Below, one piece after another: positions 29,823 to 44,708 of a stretch of 64,000 nt of DNA (position 1 is its first letter; every line of letters begins with the position of its first letter). A model generated the notes under the pieces. That model had not been told where the DNA came from, searched no databases, and saw only the letters and a program-made list of their open reading frames with translations. Origin of the DNA: Alphaproteobacteria bacterium (GTDB lineage Bacteria > Pseudomonadota > Alphaproteobacteria > MPNO01); assembly GCA_964291675.2 (NCBI GenBank), contig OZ219866.1, forward strand, positions 1,088,001 to 1,152,000. Direction: 5' to 3'. Both the position numbers and the translations under genes were made by a program.

Positions 29823-30392
29823 TCAGGCGACCAGCCGGGACCGCGCCGCCCGGGCGACGGCCTCGCCGCCGAGCCCGGCGAAGGCGGGGCCCAGCACGAC
29901 CGCCGTCTCCGCCGCGTCGGCCTCGTCGGGGGCGATCCCGGCGGCGGCGAAATAGGCGCCGACATTGGCCAGCGCATCGGCCAGGCGGCGCGCCTCGTCC
30001 AGCCCCTCGTCGGGCTCGCGGGCGAGCGATCCCGCCAGCATGAGCTGCTCGACATGCTCCAGATCGACCTCGATCTTGGCGATCCGCCGGCGCAGCGGCT
30101 CGCTGAGCGCGAGCGGCGCGGCGCCGAGCCCGCCCTTCAGCCTCTGGCGGACGGCGCGCACGCCGCGCACGATGTCGCGGTGCCAGTCCCCGACGGTCTC
30201 GCACACCAGGGCGATCTCGCCCCCGCCGAGCGCGCCGCGGCCGCTCGCCCCGAGCCAGCAGCAATAGAGCATCACGTTCACGTCGATTTGATACCGCTCC
30301 TGGAGCGCCAGGCAGGCCTCGGGCACGCCGTCGCTGCCATAGACGCGGAGCGAGAAGTCCCAGAACGGGTGATCGGGAAAGTCGGCCGCCAC
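29823..30392 (-). CDS. TIGR02444 family protein
   Basis: FWDFSLRVY..GV..ACLALQ....DVN.MLYCCW. Confidence 0.85.
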   Translation of the reverse strand: MAADFPDHPFWDFSLRVYGSDGVPEACLALQERYQIDVNVMLYCCWLGASGRGALGGGEIALVCETVGDWHRDIVRGVRAVRQRLKGGLGAAPLALSEPLRRRIAKIEVDLEHVEQLMLAGSLAREPDEGLDEARRLADALANVGAYFAAAGIAPDEADAAETAVVLGPAFAGLGGEAVARAARSRLVA

Positions 30393-30492
30393 TTTTCTGC
30401 CTCCCTGCGGGCATCTCCGTCCAGCCAGTGATAACGGTTCCGGCCGCACTCTGCTATCCTGCCGGCGGACCGTCAGGACTGTTGTCGGTGCC

Positions 30493-30693
30493 ATGGGAGA
30501 CCAGGACATCCTGCGGCGGCGCCTCGCCGAGCTCGAGACCGAACATCGCGACCTCGACGATGTGATCGCCCGCGTTATGGATGCCGTGACCTACGACCAG
30601 CTGCAGGTGCAGCGCCTGAAGAAGCGCAAGCTCCGGTTGAAGGACGAGATCGCGCGCATCCGCGCCCTTCTCGTGCCCGACATCATCGCCTGA
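30493..30693 (+). CDS. DUF465 family protein
   Basis: EHRDLDDVI...[14 protein letters not shown]...PDIIA. Confidence 0.9.
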   Translation: MGDQDILRRRLAELETEHRDLDDVIARVMDAVTYDQLQVQRLKKRKLRLKDEIARIRALLVPDIIA

Positions 30694-30719
30694 AGCGCCG
30701 CGAAAGGGAGGCGTCGATC

Positions 30720-31235
30720 TTGCCCGCAGAGAGCGAACGGGAGGGTGCGCCCCGGGTCGGGGTGATCATGGGCAGCCGCTCGGACTGGCCGACCATGCGC
30801 CATGCGGTCGACGTGCTGGAGGAGCTCGGGGTCGCGGTCGAGACCCGCGTGGTCTCCGCCCACCGCACGCCGGACCGGCTCTACGCCTATGCCAGCGAGG
30901 CGCGCGGGCGCGGCTTGCAAGTGATCGTCGCGGGCGCCGGCGGGGCCGCCCATCTGCCGGGCATGGCGGCGTCGATGACCGCGCTGCCGGTGTTCGGCGT
31001 CCCCGTCCGCTCGGAGGCGCTGTCGGGTCTCGACAGCCTGCTGTCGATCGTCCAGATGCCGGGCGGGGTGCCGGTCGGGACGCTGGCGATCGGCAGGGCC
31101 GGCGCGCTCAATGCCGGGCTGCTGGCGGCCGCGGTCCTCGCCCTCTCCGATCCGGCGCTGGCGGACCGGCTCGACGACTGGCGCCGCCGGCGCACCGCCG
31201 AGGTGCCCGTCGAGCCGGTCGACCCGGCGGGCTGA
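30720..31235 (+). CDS. purE: N5-CAIR mutase
   Basis: [31 protein letters not shown]. Confidence 0.97.
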   Translation: MPAESEREGAPRVGVIMGSRSDWPTMRHAVDVLEELGVAVETRVVSAHRTPDRLYAYASEARGRGLQVIVAGAGGAAHLPGMAASMTALPVFGVPVRSEALSGLDSLLSIVQMPGGVPVGTLAIGRAGALNAGLLAAAVLALSDPALADRLDDWRRRRTAEVPVEPVDPAG

Positions 31236-31236
31236 C

Positions 31237-32325
31237 ATGGCCGATGCGCCGCCCGGCCTCGAGCCGGGCTCGACGATCGGCATTCTGGGCGGCGGGCAGC
31301 TCGGCCGGATGATCGCGCTGGCCGCCGCGGCGCTCGGCTATCGCTGCCACGTCTACTGCCCCGAGCGCGACGCGCCGGCCGCCGAGATCGCGGCGCGGGC
31401 GACCTGCGCCGGCTACGACGATACCGCGGCGCTCGATGCCTTCGCCGCCGCGGTCGACGTGGCGACGCTCGAATTCGAGAACGTGCCCGCCCGGGCGGTC
31501 GAGCGGATCGCCCGCGCGACCCCGGTGCGGCCCGGCGCGCGGGCGCTCGCGATCGCCCAGGACCGCATCGCCGAGAAAAAATTCCTCAACGCCGTCGGGG
31601 TGGCGACGACGCGCTTCGCCGCCATCGCGTCCGCCGGCGAGCTTGCCCGCGCGATGGCCGGCATCGGCGCGCCCGCGATCCTCAAGACCGCGCGCCTCGG
31701 CTATGACGGCAAGGGCCAGCTTGCGCTCGGGCCGGGCTGCGACCCTCAGGCGGTCTGGCGGGCGCTCGGCGGGCGCCCGGCGATCCTCGAGGCGAAGGTC
31801 GATTTCGAGCGCGAGATCTCGGTGGTGCTGGCGCGCGGCCTCGACGGTGCGACCGCCGTCTTCGACACGGTGGAGAACCGCCACGAGAACGGCATCCTCA
31901 GGACCTCGCTTGTGCCGGCGCGCGTGCCGGGCGAGGTCGACGCCAGGGCGCGCGGAGCCGCGCTCGCCGTCGCCCGGGCGCTCGGCTATGTCGGCGTGCT
32001 TGCGGTCGAGTTCTTCGTCGCCCGCGACGGCGCCGTGCTCGCCAACGAGCTCGCCCCGCGGGTGCACAACTCGGGCCACTGGACGCTCGATGCCTGCGCC
32101 GCCAGCCAGTTCGAGCAGGCGGTGCGCGCGGTCTGCGGCCTGCCGCTCGCCGATCCCGCGCGCCATTCCGACGCCGAGATGACCAACCTGCTCGGCACCG
32201 AGATCGAGGACTGGCCGCGCCTGCTCGCCGAGCCCGGCGCGCGCCTCCACCTCTACGGCAAGAACGAGGCCCGCCCCGGGCGCAAGATGGGCCACGTGAC
32301 GCGGCTGTCGCCGCGCACGCGCTAG
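31237..32325 (+). CDS. purK: N5-CAIR synthetase
   Basis: GILGGGQLGRM, EFENV, GYDGKGQ, NELAPRVHNSGH, RKMGHV. Confidence 0.97.
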   Translation: MADAPPGLEPGSTIGILGGGQLGRMIALAAAALGYRCHVYCPERDAPAAEIAARATCAGYDDTAALDAFAAAVDVATLEFENVPARAVERIARATPVRPGARALAIAQDRIAEKKFLNAVGVATTRFAAIASAGELARAMAGIGAPAILKTARLGYDGKGQLALGPGCDPQAVWRALGGRPAILEAKVDFEREISVVLARGLDGATAVFDTVENRHENGILRTSLVPARVPGEVDARARGAALAVARALGYVGVLAVEFFVARDGAVLANELAPRVHNSGHWTLDACAASQFEQAVRAVCGLPLADPARHSDAEMTNLLGTEIEDWPRLLAEPGARLHLYGKNEARPGRKMGHVTRLSPRTR

Positions 32326-32326
32326 C

Positions 32327-32506
32327 CTAATGTTTCACGTGAAACAATGGTCAGCATTGTTGACCTGTTTTTCGCGCGAAACCTGCCCCGAAACGGTAAA
32401 CGCTCTGTCCCCCGGGGACAGCGGCGTCATGCGACACCCCCGCCTTGGGGCGGTTTGTCCGGGCTCGGTCGGGGGGTTGCCGGGCGCTCCCGGGAAACCG
32501 GTTCGG
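32327..32506 (-). repeat. composite parS-containing module, copy 2 (inverted)
   Basis: parS (32331-46), GGTCAGCATTGTTGACC (32349-65), CTGTCCCC-C-GGGGACAG (32405-21), AAACCGGTTCGG (32495-506); 32327-32371 matches the reverse complement of 25653-25697 at 44/45 nt. Confidence 0.85.
32331..32346. promoter_or_regulatory. parS: parS centromere site
   Basis: Perfect TGTTTCACGTGAAACA consensus. Confidence 0.93.
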
Positions 32507-32523
32507 ACGCGCCGCTCGGCGGA

Positions 32524-33180
32524 CTACAGCGCGCGGCGGCGTCCCCGCTGGAAGGCCGATGGCCGGCGCGCCAGCCCGGAGAGGCCGCCCGCGAGCCGCC
32601 CCGCGCGGGCGCGGAGCCGGCCGATGCGGGCCACGTCGGCGAGCCGGCGCCGCAGGAACCCGCGCGTCGCCGCGCCGTCCGCGGAGCGGTCCTCCAGCCA
32701 CACCAGCGTGGTCGCCGCGAGAATGCCGGCCAGCAGCGCGCGCTTGGTATAAAAGCTGAAATCGTGCGACCGGTCGCCGGAAGCGCGCCACATGCGGTCG
32801 ACCGTCCGGCAATGGCAGGCGAAGCCGAGGCCCGCGTTCTGCGGCATCGCGGCGAACGCAACGCCTCGCGCGACCGCCTCGCGGTGGGGCTGGAGCGCAT
32901 CGAAGCGGGCCAGCACTGCGGCCTCGACCCGCTCGTGGAGCCGCCGCCGCGAAGCCCCGCCGACCGCCGCCGCCATGCGCTCGTCGGCCCAGTCGTTGAG
33001 CGCCCGGAACAGGGCGCGCGAGCCGCCGCGCAGGATGCGCTCGGCGTCGACCGCGTCGATGCCGAGCTCGGCCGCGCCGGCGCGGATCGCCGCCCCGGTC
33101 CAGCCCTCGGACGCGGCATGGCGGACCGCGGCGAGGACCAGCCGGTCCCGCAATTCGCGCTCGGCGCCGCCGCCGCTCAC
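32524..33180 (-). CDS. COQ9 family protein
   Basis: EGW, VDRMWRASGDRSHDFSFYTKRALL, T.GFL.RR; GTG start overlaps def stop. Confidence 0.88.
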   Translation of the reverse strand: MSGGGAERELRDRLVLAAVRHAASEGWTGAAIRAGAAELGIDAVDAERILRGGSRALFRALNDWADERMAAAVGGASRRRLHERVEAAVLARFDALQPHREAVARGVAFAAMPQNAGLGFACHCRTVDRMWRASGDRSHDFSFYTKRALLAGILAATTLVWLEDRSADGAATRGFLRRRLADVARIGRLRARAGRLAGGLSGLARRPSAFQRGRRRAL

Positions 33181-33737
33181 CCCGCCGCCCTCGCCCGGTC
33201 GCGCGCCGCCTCGGCGAAATGGTGCATCTCGTCGGAGAAGCACAGCATGCCGAGATCGTCCATCCGCATGGTGTAGAGAATGCCGTCGAGATGGTCGATC
33301 TCGTGCTGCACGACGCGCGCGTGGAAGCCCTCTGCCTCGCGCTCGACCGCCCGCCCGTCGGGCGCGGTGCCGCGATAGCGGATGCGGGCGTGGCGCGGCA
33401 CCGCGCCGGTGAGGCCGGGGATCGACAGGCAGCCCTCCCAGCCGAGCTCGATGTCGTCGCCGACGGGCTCGAATTCCGGGTTGACCAGGGCGGTCAGCGG
33501 CGCCTCCTGCCCGTCCGCCCCGTCCGCCCCGTCCCGTTCGGCGGGCGCCTTGAACACGATGACGCGCCGGCCGACATGGACCTGCGGCGCGGCGAGCCCG
33601 ACGCCGCGGGCGTCCTCCATGGTCTCGACCATGTCGGCGATCAGGCGGCGGATCTCGCGCGATGTCGGATCGGCGACCGGCTCGGCCCGCTCCAGCAGCA
33701 CGGGGTGGCCCATGCGGGCGATCTTCAACAGCGTCAT
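33177..33737 (-). CDS. def: peptide deformylase
   Basis: GVGLAAPQV, EGCLS, QHEIDHLDG. Confidence 0.97.
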   Translation of the reverse strand: MTLLKIARMGHPVLLERAEPVADPTSREIRRLIADMVETMEDARGVGLAAPQVHVGRRVIVFKAPAERDGADGADGQEAPLTALVNPEFEPVGDDIELGWEGCLSIPGLTGAVPRHARIRYRGTAPDGRAVEREAEGFHARVVQHEIDHLDGILYTMRMDDLGMLCFSDEMHHFAEAARDRARAAG

Positions 33738-33893
33738 GCGCCTAATATCGTTCTCCGGCGGGGCCGGTCAAACCACTCCGTGTCCCGCAGGGTTTCGGAA
33801 ACGGCGGCGGCCGTCGCGGGCGCTATCCGCGGGTCCGCGCAAACCCGGCCAGCAGCGGATGCCTGTTCATGCCCTTGAAATATAGGCACGAAT

Positions 33894-34133
33894 CTACTCT
33901 TCGTGCATCTTCTTCAGTTCATTTAGGGACTGCGGGGACAGTCCCATGATGAAGGCCCTTACAGGTCCTTCCATGAACGAGTCGCGGTCTCCTTTCCTGT
34001 GATAGGTAAAGAAGAAGGGGACTCCCTCCGGGGATATCCAATACTCGGTTGTCGGATTGTTCGACCCCGGCCATACCTCATAACCGAGAAACCGCAGGAT
34101 TTCTCGTACGCGAAACGCGGGGACTGCTCCCAT
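33894..34133 (-). CDS. HicA-like small protein
   Basis: V.EIL..LGY...SPEG....YHRKGD...GPVRAFI resembles the HicA dsRBD-like pattern; lacks GSH. Confidence 0.5.
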   Translation of the reverse strand: MGAVPAFRVREILRFLGYEVWPGSNNPTTEYWISPEGVPFFFTYHRKGDRDSFMEGPVRAFIMGLSPQSLNELKKMHEE

Positions 34134-34135
34134 GC

Positions 34136-34432
34136 TCAGGCAACGGCAGCCAGCAGAAGGCCGGGCCTTTCATGGTCGGATAGGGGAATCCCGACCTTGT
34201 GAGCTCGGTAGCTGACAGGCCCCATGGCAGCTCCGATGTCCGCGATCTCCGCATCGAGGTAGTGCGAGAGAAAGACGCGAAGCGGCTCCCGCAAGGCATC
34301 CACCGGGGCTTCGTCAGAGTCGATCACCGCGTGAAAACCCGTCAGGTCGGGGCTGGTGACATAGATTCGCCCGTCCGCCAGCTCCTCGAAGGCGATGCGA
34401 ACGGCGATCTGGTGCGATGGATAGTTCTGCAT
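34136..34432 (-). CDS. HicB-like antitoxin domain protein
   Basis: MQNY...FEELADGRIYVTSPDLTGFH resembles the HicB partial RNase H fold; no DNA-binding tail. Confidence 0.55.
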   Translation of the reverse strand: MQNYPSHQIAVRIAFEELADGRIYVTSPDLTGFHAVIDSDEAPVDALREPLRVFLSHYLDAEIADIGAAMGPVSYRAHKVGIPLSDHERPGLLLAAVA

Positions 34433-34434
34433 TC

Positions 34435-34644
34435 CTAGTTCCCTTGCCATCGGGCATCGGCCGCGATACTTGCGATCCGCCTCCTCCTTTCCGCTTGGGG
34501 AGACGCGGCACGTGCCCGACCTCCCGCGATGTCGCTCTTGCGCTTCGCGGGGCGCTCCAACCTGGTATCCTGGATTTCGCCGACGGCGACCGCGCAGCCG
34601 AGGGCGTCGGCCGGGCGACTCTCGCCCCGGGGGCCTTTCGGCAT
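34435..34644 (-). CDS. small basic protein of the MPKGPxGEKRPAD family
   Basis: MPKGPRGESRPADALGCAV...GGRARAAS...ERRRRIASIAADARW; 2-nt gap to the next gene. Confidence 0.6.
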   Translation of the reverse strand: MPKGPRGESRPADALGCAVAVGEIQDTRLERPAKRKSDIAGGRARAASPQAERRRRIASIAADARWQGN

Positions 34645-34686
34645 GGCTACCGACCTGCGGCCACAGCCACCCTGTCGTTTGAGTGC

Positions 34687-34850
34687 ATGACCGAGGCTCC
34701 CTCCGTTGTTTCCGGCCCGCACACCGCGGACCATGCCGCTCGACGCTTGCACCGTTTTGGTGCTCGACGGCCATACCATGGTAGTGCTCCCCACCAGGGT
34801 CAAGTTCTTCTGCGATGCCGGTGTGGCATGCGGCGCTTCACCGCATGCCC
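34687..34850 (+). mobile_element. possible decayed N-terminus of an IS1-like transposase
   Basis: Divergent from the MPKGP gene; TRVKFFCDAGVACGA recalls TVxKLLxDAGxAC; frame broken. Confidence 0.3.
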
Positions 34851-34930
34851 AGCTTCCAATGCCCCGACCGCTCCGATCGCCGCCAGTCCCTTGCATCTTC
34901 GGACCGCGACGACCGCCCCCGGCGGCTCGG

Positions 34931-34959
34931 TTGACGCGCCACGACGGGCGGGTTAAAAG
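34931..34959 (+). promoter_or_regulatory. sigma70-type promoter of rpsT
   Basis: TTGACG-17-TAAAAG. Confidence 0.5.
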
Positions 34960-34995
34960 CGCCTCCCCTTGCGAAGCTGGTGACGGACGGCACCG

Positions 34996-35259
34996 ATGGC
35001 GAACATCAAATCGGCCAAGAAGCGGACGCGCCGCAACGCCCGCCGCACGGCGGTCAACGGCGCGAGGCGCGGCCGTATCCGCACCTACATGAAGAAGGTC
35101 GAGGCGGCGCTCGCGGACAATGAGAAGACCGCCGCGGCGGAGGCCCTGAAGGCCGCGCAACCCGAGCTGATGCGCGGCGTGACCAGGGGCGTGCTGCACC
35201 GCAACACCGCCGCGCGCACCATCGCGCGGCTGAACGCCCGCATCAAGGCTCTGGACTAG
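34996..35259 (+). CDS. rpsT: 30S ribosomal protein S20
   Basis: [20 protein letters not shown]. Confidence 0.97.
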   Translation: MANIKSAKKRTRRNARRTAVNGARRGRIRTYMKKVEAALADNEKTAAAEALKAAQPELMRGVTRGVLHRNTAARTIARLNARIKALD

Positions 35260-35375
35260 GGGCGCCGCCCCCCGTCGTCGCTCGCCGCCCGGCACCCCTC
35301 GTCGTCGACACCCGAGCGCCCGCCCTGCGGGCCGTTCCCGGTCGAAATGACGGGGCGGAGACCGTCCTTGGAAAC

Positions 35376-35396
35376 GCCCCGGATCGAGTCCGGGGC
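35376..35396. repeat. REP-like palindrome
   Basis: GCCCCGGATCGAGTCCGGGGC; same core as 17241-17259. Confidence 0.6.
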
Positions 35397-35559
35397 TGCC
35401 CGGGATGAGGGGTAGGGTGCCGGGTCAAGGCAATTTCATCCCGAGTAGCGGCGCGGCCGCGTATCGAGGGACGGCCCGTCCAGTCCCGCGTTTTGCGGCT
35501 TGGCTGCAACACCCGCCAAAGCATTTTTGTAAGACGGTGCCGACCCGGACACGACGGCA

Positions 35560-35588
35560 TTGCAAGTTCCGCCGGGGCGGGCTAACGT
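35560..35588 (+). promoter_or_regulatory. candidate dnaA promoter
   Basis: TTGCAA-17-TAACGT. Confidence 0.4.
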
Positions 35589-35816
35589 TCTCCGACAGGG
35601 CAGCGCGGGGTTGTCCTCGACAAAATAATAATCGCTCGGGACTTGCCCTGTATTATCCCAGTTCTACCCAATTCTAGCGCCACAAACGCGGATATTTGTA
35701 TTCCGCAAGAATAAATCTGTATGCGGGCGGGGAATGGCCAGCTTCAAGAAGAAAGCCAACGCGCAGAGAGTCCGGCTAGGGGAAGGCTGGGGGTTCGGTC
35801 CGGGGACCGACGCTTC

Positions 35817-37244
35817 GTGACCGCGGGGGAGACCAGGATCGACTCGCGGATCTCCGCGCAATGGGCGCGGGTGCGGGGCGTGCTGCGGGCCGAGGTCGGC
35901 GATTCCTCCTATCGCAGCTGGCTCAAACCCCTGACCCTGCTGGCGGTGGACGGCGATGTGGTGCGCATCGCCACGCCGACGCGCTTCATGCGCGACTATG
36001 TCAGCGAGAACTTCGCCGGGCGCATATTGGAGCTGTGGACCGACGAGGACGCGGCGATCACCGCGCTCGACGTGCAGATCCAGGCCGAGCCCGCCAGGCG
36101 CGAACGCAAGCGGCTGGCGCCGGCGCAGCCCCGCAAGAAGCCGGCCGCACCGGCCGGCGGGGCGGCCGGCAACGGCGCCGCCGCCGCCCAACCGGTCGCG
36201 CCGGCGAGCAACGAGGGGGAGATCGGCGGGCCCCTCGATCCGCGCTTCCGCTTCGAGAATTTCGTCGTCGGCAAGCCCAACGAGCTCGCCTTCGCGGCGG
36301 CGCGGCGTGTCGCGGAGTCGCCCACGGCGACCTACAACCCGCTCTTCCTCTATGGCGGCGTCGGGCTCGGCAAGACCCATCTGATGCACGCGATCGGATG
36401 GCACATCCGCAACCGCCATTCGAACCGCCGGGTGGTCTATCTGTCGGCCGAGAAGTTCATGTACCAGTTCATCCGGGCGCTGCGCTTCCAGGACACGATG
36501 GCGTTCAAGGAGCAGTTCCGGTCGGTCGACGTGCTGATGATCGACGATGTGCAGTTCATCAACGGCAAGGAAAACACGCAAGAGGAATTCTTCCATACTT
36601 TCAACGACCTGGTCGGCAACAACCGGCAGGTGGTGGTGTCGGCGGACAAGTCTCCCTCCGACCTCGAGGGGATGGAGGAACGCCTGCGGTCCCGCCTCGG
36701 CTGGGGGTTGGTGGCCGACATCCACGCCACCACCTGCGAGCTGCGGGTCGGCATCCTGCAATCCAAGGCGGAGCAGCTCGGCGTCGACGTCTCCGACAGG
36801 GTGCTGGAATTCCTCGCCCACAAGATCACCGCCTCGGTGCGCGAGCTGGAAGGCGCGCTCAACCGCATCGTCGCGCATTCGACGCTGGTCGGGCGCGACA
36901 TCTCGCTGGAAACCTGCCAGGAGGTGCTGCAGGACCTGCTGCGCGCGCATGAGCGCCGGGTGACGATCGAGGAGATCCAGAAGCGGGTGGCGGAACACTT
37001 CAACATCCGCTTCGCCGACATGCATTCGGCCCGGCGCTCGCGCGCCGTGGCGCGGCCGCGCCAGGTGGCGATGTACCTGTCCAAGCAGCTCACCTCGCGG
37101 TCCCTGCCCGAGATCGGCCGCAAGTTCGGCGGGCGCGACCACACGACGGTCATGCACGCGGTGCGCAAGGTCGAGGAGCTGCGCCAGTCCGACGCCAGCT
37201 TCGACGAGGATGTCGAGCTCCTGAGGCGGATGCTCGAAGCCTGA
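35817..37244 (+). CDS. dnaA: chromosomal replication initiator DnaA
   Basis: SWLKPL, YNPLFLYGGVGLGKTHL, IDDVQF, RELEGA, GRDHTTV; start codon uncertain. Confidence 0.98.
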   Translation: MTAGETRIDSRISAQWARVRGVLRAEVGDSSYRSWLKPLTLLAVDGDVVRIATPTRFMRDYVSENFAGRILELWTDEDAAITALDVQIQAEPARRERKRLAPAQPRKKPAAPAGGAAGNGAAAAQPVAPASNEGEIGGPLDPRFRFENFVVGKPNELAFAAARRVAESPTATYNPLFLYGGVGLGKTHLMHAIGWHIRNRHSNRRVVYLSAEKFMYQFIRALRFQDTMAFKEQFRSVDVLMIDDVQFINGKENTQEEFFHTFNDLVGNNRQVVVSADKSPSDLEGMEERLRSRLGWGLVADIHATTCELRVGILQSKAEQLGVDVSDRVLEFLAHKITASVRELEGALNRIVAHSTLVGRDISLETCQEVLQDLLRAHERRVTIEEIQKRVAEHFNIRFADMHSARRSRAVARPRQVAMYLSKQLTSRSLPEIGRKFGGRDHTTVMHAVRKVEELRQSDASFDEDVELLRRMLEA

Positions 37245-37316
37245 GCGAGCGGCCCCGCGCGGGATCGCGCGGCGCCGCATCGGGCGGTCGGTTCTTCCCA
37301 TCGCGCCAAAGGGTTG

Positions 37317-37325
37317 TGTTATAAT
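37317..37325 (+). promoter_or_regulatory. extended -10 upstream of dnaN
   Basis: TGtTATAAT in the dnaA-dnaN spacer. Confidence 0.45.
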
Positions 37326-37440
37326 GATCGCGCTTCGCGCGGGGTTTCGCCCAAGGCGGCGCGCGCGCGTCGAATGCCGCCCGCCGGAGCCGTCGGACGC
37401 GCCGCGGCGGAGACTATCCTCAGACGGGGTTCCGGGGACG

Positions 37441-38562
37441 ATGAAGCTCACGATCGAACGCGCAGCGCTCTTGCGGTCGCTGCAGCACGCGCAAGGCGTG
37501 ATCGAGCGTCGAACGACGATACCGATCCTGTCGAACGTGCTGCTCAGGGCGGATGGCGGGACGCTGGCGCTGACCGCGACCGACATGGATATCGCCATCG
37601 TCGAACGGGTGGAGTGCGCGGTGGCGCAGCCCGGCGCGACCACGGTGCCGGCGCAGACGCTGTTCGACGTGGTCCGCAAGCTGCCGGAGGGCGCCGAGCT
37701 CGAGATCGCCAGCGGCGGCGAGCAGAACCAGCTCGTGGTGCGCTGCGGGCGGTCGCGGATCTCGCTTGCCACCCTGCCGAGCGAGGACTTCCCGGCGATG
37801 AGCGAGGGCGAGCTGCCGCACGGCTTCGCCATGGGCGCGAAGTCGCTGTGCGAGATCATCGACCGCACCCGCTTCGCGATGTCGTCGGAGGAGACCCGAT
37901 ACTATCTCAACGGCATCTACATCCACCCCGCCAGGGACGAGGACGAGCCCAAGCTTCGCATCGTCGCCACCGACGGCCACCGCCTGGCGCGGGTCGAGCT
38001 CAAGCTGCCCGACGGGGCCGACGACATGCCCGGCGTCATCGTCCCGCGCAAGACGGTGGGCGAGATCCGCAAGCTGATCGACGACGCCGGCGAGGAAGAG
38101 GTCGCGATCGCCCTGTCGGACACCAAGATCCGCGTCGAGATCGCCACCACCGTGCTGACGTCGAAGCTGATCGACGGCACCTTCCCGGATTACGACCGGG
38201 TGATCCCGTTCGCCAACGACAAGACGCTGCAGGTCGATCCGAGAAACTTCGCCAAGGCGGTCGACCTGGTCTCGACCATCGCGACGGAGAAGACCCGGGC
38301 GATCAAGCTCAGCCTCGACGACGGCTCGCTGGTGCTCTCGGCATCCAGCCCGGAGGCCGGCAGCGCCGAGGAACAGCTCGAGGTGGAGTATGCCGACGGG
38401 CCGCTCGAGATCGGCTTCAACTCGCGCTATCTGCTCGACATCGCGCAGCTCATCGGCGAAGACGGCGCGCGGTTCATGCTGTCCGACGGGACCTCGCCGA
38501 CCCTGGTGCGCGACAACGCGGACCCCGGCGCGCTGTACGTCCTGATGCCGATGCGCGTTTGA
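37441..38562 (+). CDS. dnaN: DNA polymerase III beta clamp
   Basis: PILSN, ATDM, EETRYYLNG, ATDGHRL, GTFPDY, VLMPMRV. Confidence 0.98.
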   Translation: MKLTIERAALLRSLQHAQGVIERRTTIPILSNVLLRADGGTLALTATDMDIAIVERVECAVAQPGATTVPAQTLFDVVRKLPEGAELEIASGGEQNQLVVRCGRSRISLATLPSEDFPAMSEGELPHGFAMGAKSLCEIIDRTRFAMSSEETRYYLNGIYIHPARDEDEPKLRIVATDGHRLARVELKLPDGADDMPGVIVPRKTVGEIRKLIDDAGEEEVAIALSDTKIRVEIATTVLTSKLIDGTFPDYDRVIPFANDKTLQVDPRNFAKAVDLVSTIATEKTRAIKLSLDDGSLVLSASSPEAGSAEEQLEVEYADGPLEIGFNSRYLLDIAQLIGEDGARFMLSDGTSPTLVRDNADPGALYVLMPMRV

Positions 38563-38612
38563 CCCTTCGCGCGCGGCACCGGCGGGAGTTTTCCGACACG
38601 GGGGCGGCGGCG

Positions 38613-42706
<4,094 letters not shown>

Positions 42707-42743
42707 CCCGGCTCTCCGCCATGGCAGCCTCATGCCGCGCCCC

Positions 42744-44615
<1,872 letters not shown>

Positions 44616-44708
44616 GGCTGGCTTGTCGTAGAGACGCCTCCGCCTGAGTGCAACCGCCCCCGCCGAACCGCTTGGCGATTCCGCGCCGCCGGCAGTACAT
44701 GGTGCGGC

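Noticed and set aside
25653-32371. The inverted 45-bp repeats as transposon ends or an invertible segment
   Set aside because: The enclosed genes are housekeeping, with no transposase, recombinase or target duplication; the repeat core is parS.
33508-33537. Short tandem repeat (ccgtccgcc) inside def
   Set aside because: In-frame 9-nt repeat encoding a DGA loop; not a CRISPR or contingency array.
35260-35816. oriC in the rpsT-dnaA spacer
   Set aside because: AT-rich patches exist, but I found no TTATCCACA-type box with fewer than about three mismatches; many alphaproteobacterial origins lie near hemE. parS only indicates proximity.
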